Positions 63,617-64,000 of a DNA stretch of 64,000 nucleotides are shown here, in pieces; within the stretch, counting starts at the first letter, position 1; each line of letters starts with the position of its first letter. The position numbers and the translations under genes are program-made. Source of the DNA: Dehalococcoidia bacterium. Its GTDB lineage: Bacteria > Chloroflexota > Dehalococcoidia > Lucifugimonadales > Australimonadaceae. Where the stretch lies: the NCBI GenBank assembly GCA_965247635.1, contig CBDFHJ010000010.1, forward strand, positions 773,918 through 837,917, read 5' to 3'. The notes beneath the pieces are model-generated. The model ran no database searches, was not told where the DNA came from, and saw nothing but the letters and a program-made list of their open reading frames with translations.

Positions 63617-64000
63617 CTATTTGGCCAGGTCCTTATGGCGCAGGAGGAAGTCCAGGACCGCGCGGTTGAACAGGTCGGGCTGCTCGATGTTCGTGAGGTG
63701 GCCCGCAATCTCGATCTCCACGAACTCGGAGCCCGGAATCGCTTTTTGCATCTCCCGTCCGACGTCCGGGGGCGTGAGGCGGTCGTCCTCCCCGAACACG
63801 AGCATCGTAGGCACCTTGATGGTGCTGATGTCCAGCGGGTCCGCTACGCCGCTGTTCCCTTCGATGGTCTTGATGTACGACTCCTTGTGGAGCGCGGCCA
63901 TGCTCTCCACTAGGCGGTCGAACTTGTCGCGCGGCGACTTTCGGCCGATGAGCGTCTCCGCCACCGCCGGCGCCATGTCCCGGGGGGTCTTGCCCTCCTG
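63617..64000 (-). CDS. alpha/beta hydrolase, C-terminal part (5' end outside the window)
   Basis: PTMLVFGEDDRLTPP and IAGHLTNIEQPDLFN. The frame is open to the window edge. Confidence 0.7.
   Translation of the reverse strand, partial: QEGKTPRDMAPAVAETLIGRKSPRDKFDRLVESMAALHKESYIKTIEGNSGVADPLDISTIKVPTMLVFGEDDRLTPPDVGREMQKAIPGSEFVEIEIAGHLTNIEQPDLFNRAVLDFLLRHKDLAK

Overview
This is a 64-kb chromosomal window from a high-GC bacterium. Gene order, PT-rich lipoprotein linkers and abundant dispersed hairpin repeats (the kind that translate as ..FVLSLSKGE.. / ..VIPSE..RNL..) suggest a Chloroflexota-like organism, but that is inference only. The backbone is housekeeping: alaS 3' end and ruvX; aroE, aroC and a fused aroK-aroB; a thrC-like/NIL/MoaD-like operon; a HAIR-controlled cbpA-hspR-clpC heat-shock operon; ispD-ispF-cysS; gatB-secG; tRNA-Thr/Tyr/Thr-tuf-rpmG-secE-nusG-rplK-rplA-rplJ-rplL; radC; a superoxide dismutase; a tetrapyrrole cluster (ahbAB-like, sirC-like, hemA, hemC, cobA-hemD, hemB, hemL); and pcm. 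I recognised no rRNA, CRISPR array, prophage or known defence system. The unstable or accessory parts are: (1) two near-identical IS256-family copies in inverted orientation that split a thioredoxin-NHL gene and inverted its 5' end, with exchanged 8-bp target duplications; (2) a 2.5-kb single-gene insertion (NHL lipoprotein, out of frame at a 23-nt poly-G run) bracketed by 0.39-kb direct repeats; (3) several single low-GC genes, one of them inside the hem cluster; (4) short hairpin repeats that fill intergenic regions and also sit in frame inside ispF, cysS, the hemA 3' end and the tail of the MoaD-like gene. Other oddities are an 8-bp tandem duplication that frameshifts the nusG 3' end, a ribosomal protein L10 with a ~160-aa acidic 8-aa tandem-repeat tail, and a ruvX with no canonical start codon lying in frame behind alaS. 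The best candidate for an under-described system is the thrC-like + NIL + MoaD/ThiS-like operon, a possible sulfur-carrier-dependent homocysteine-type chemistry. Four frameshifts, three of them at homopolymers, mean that assembly error must be excluded before any pseudogene or phase-variation claim. All calls come from reading motifs by eye; no database search was possible.
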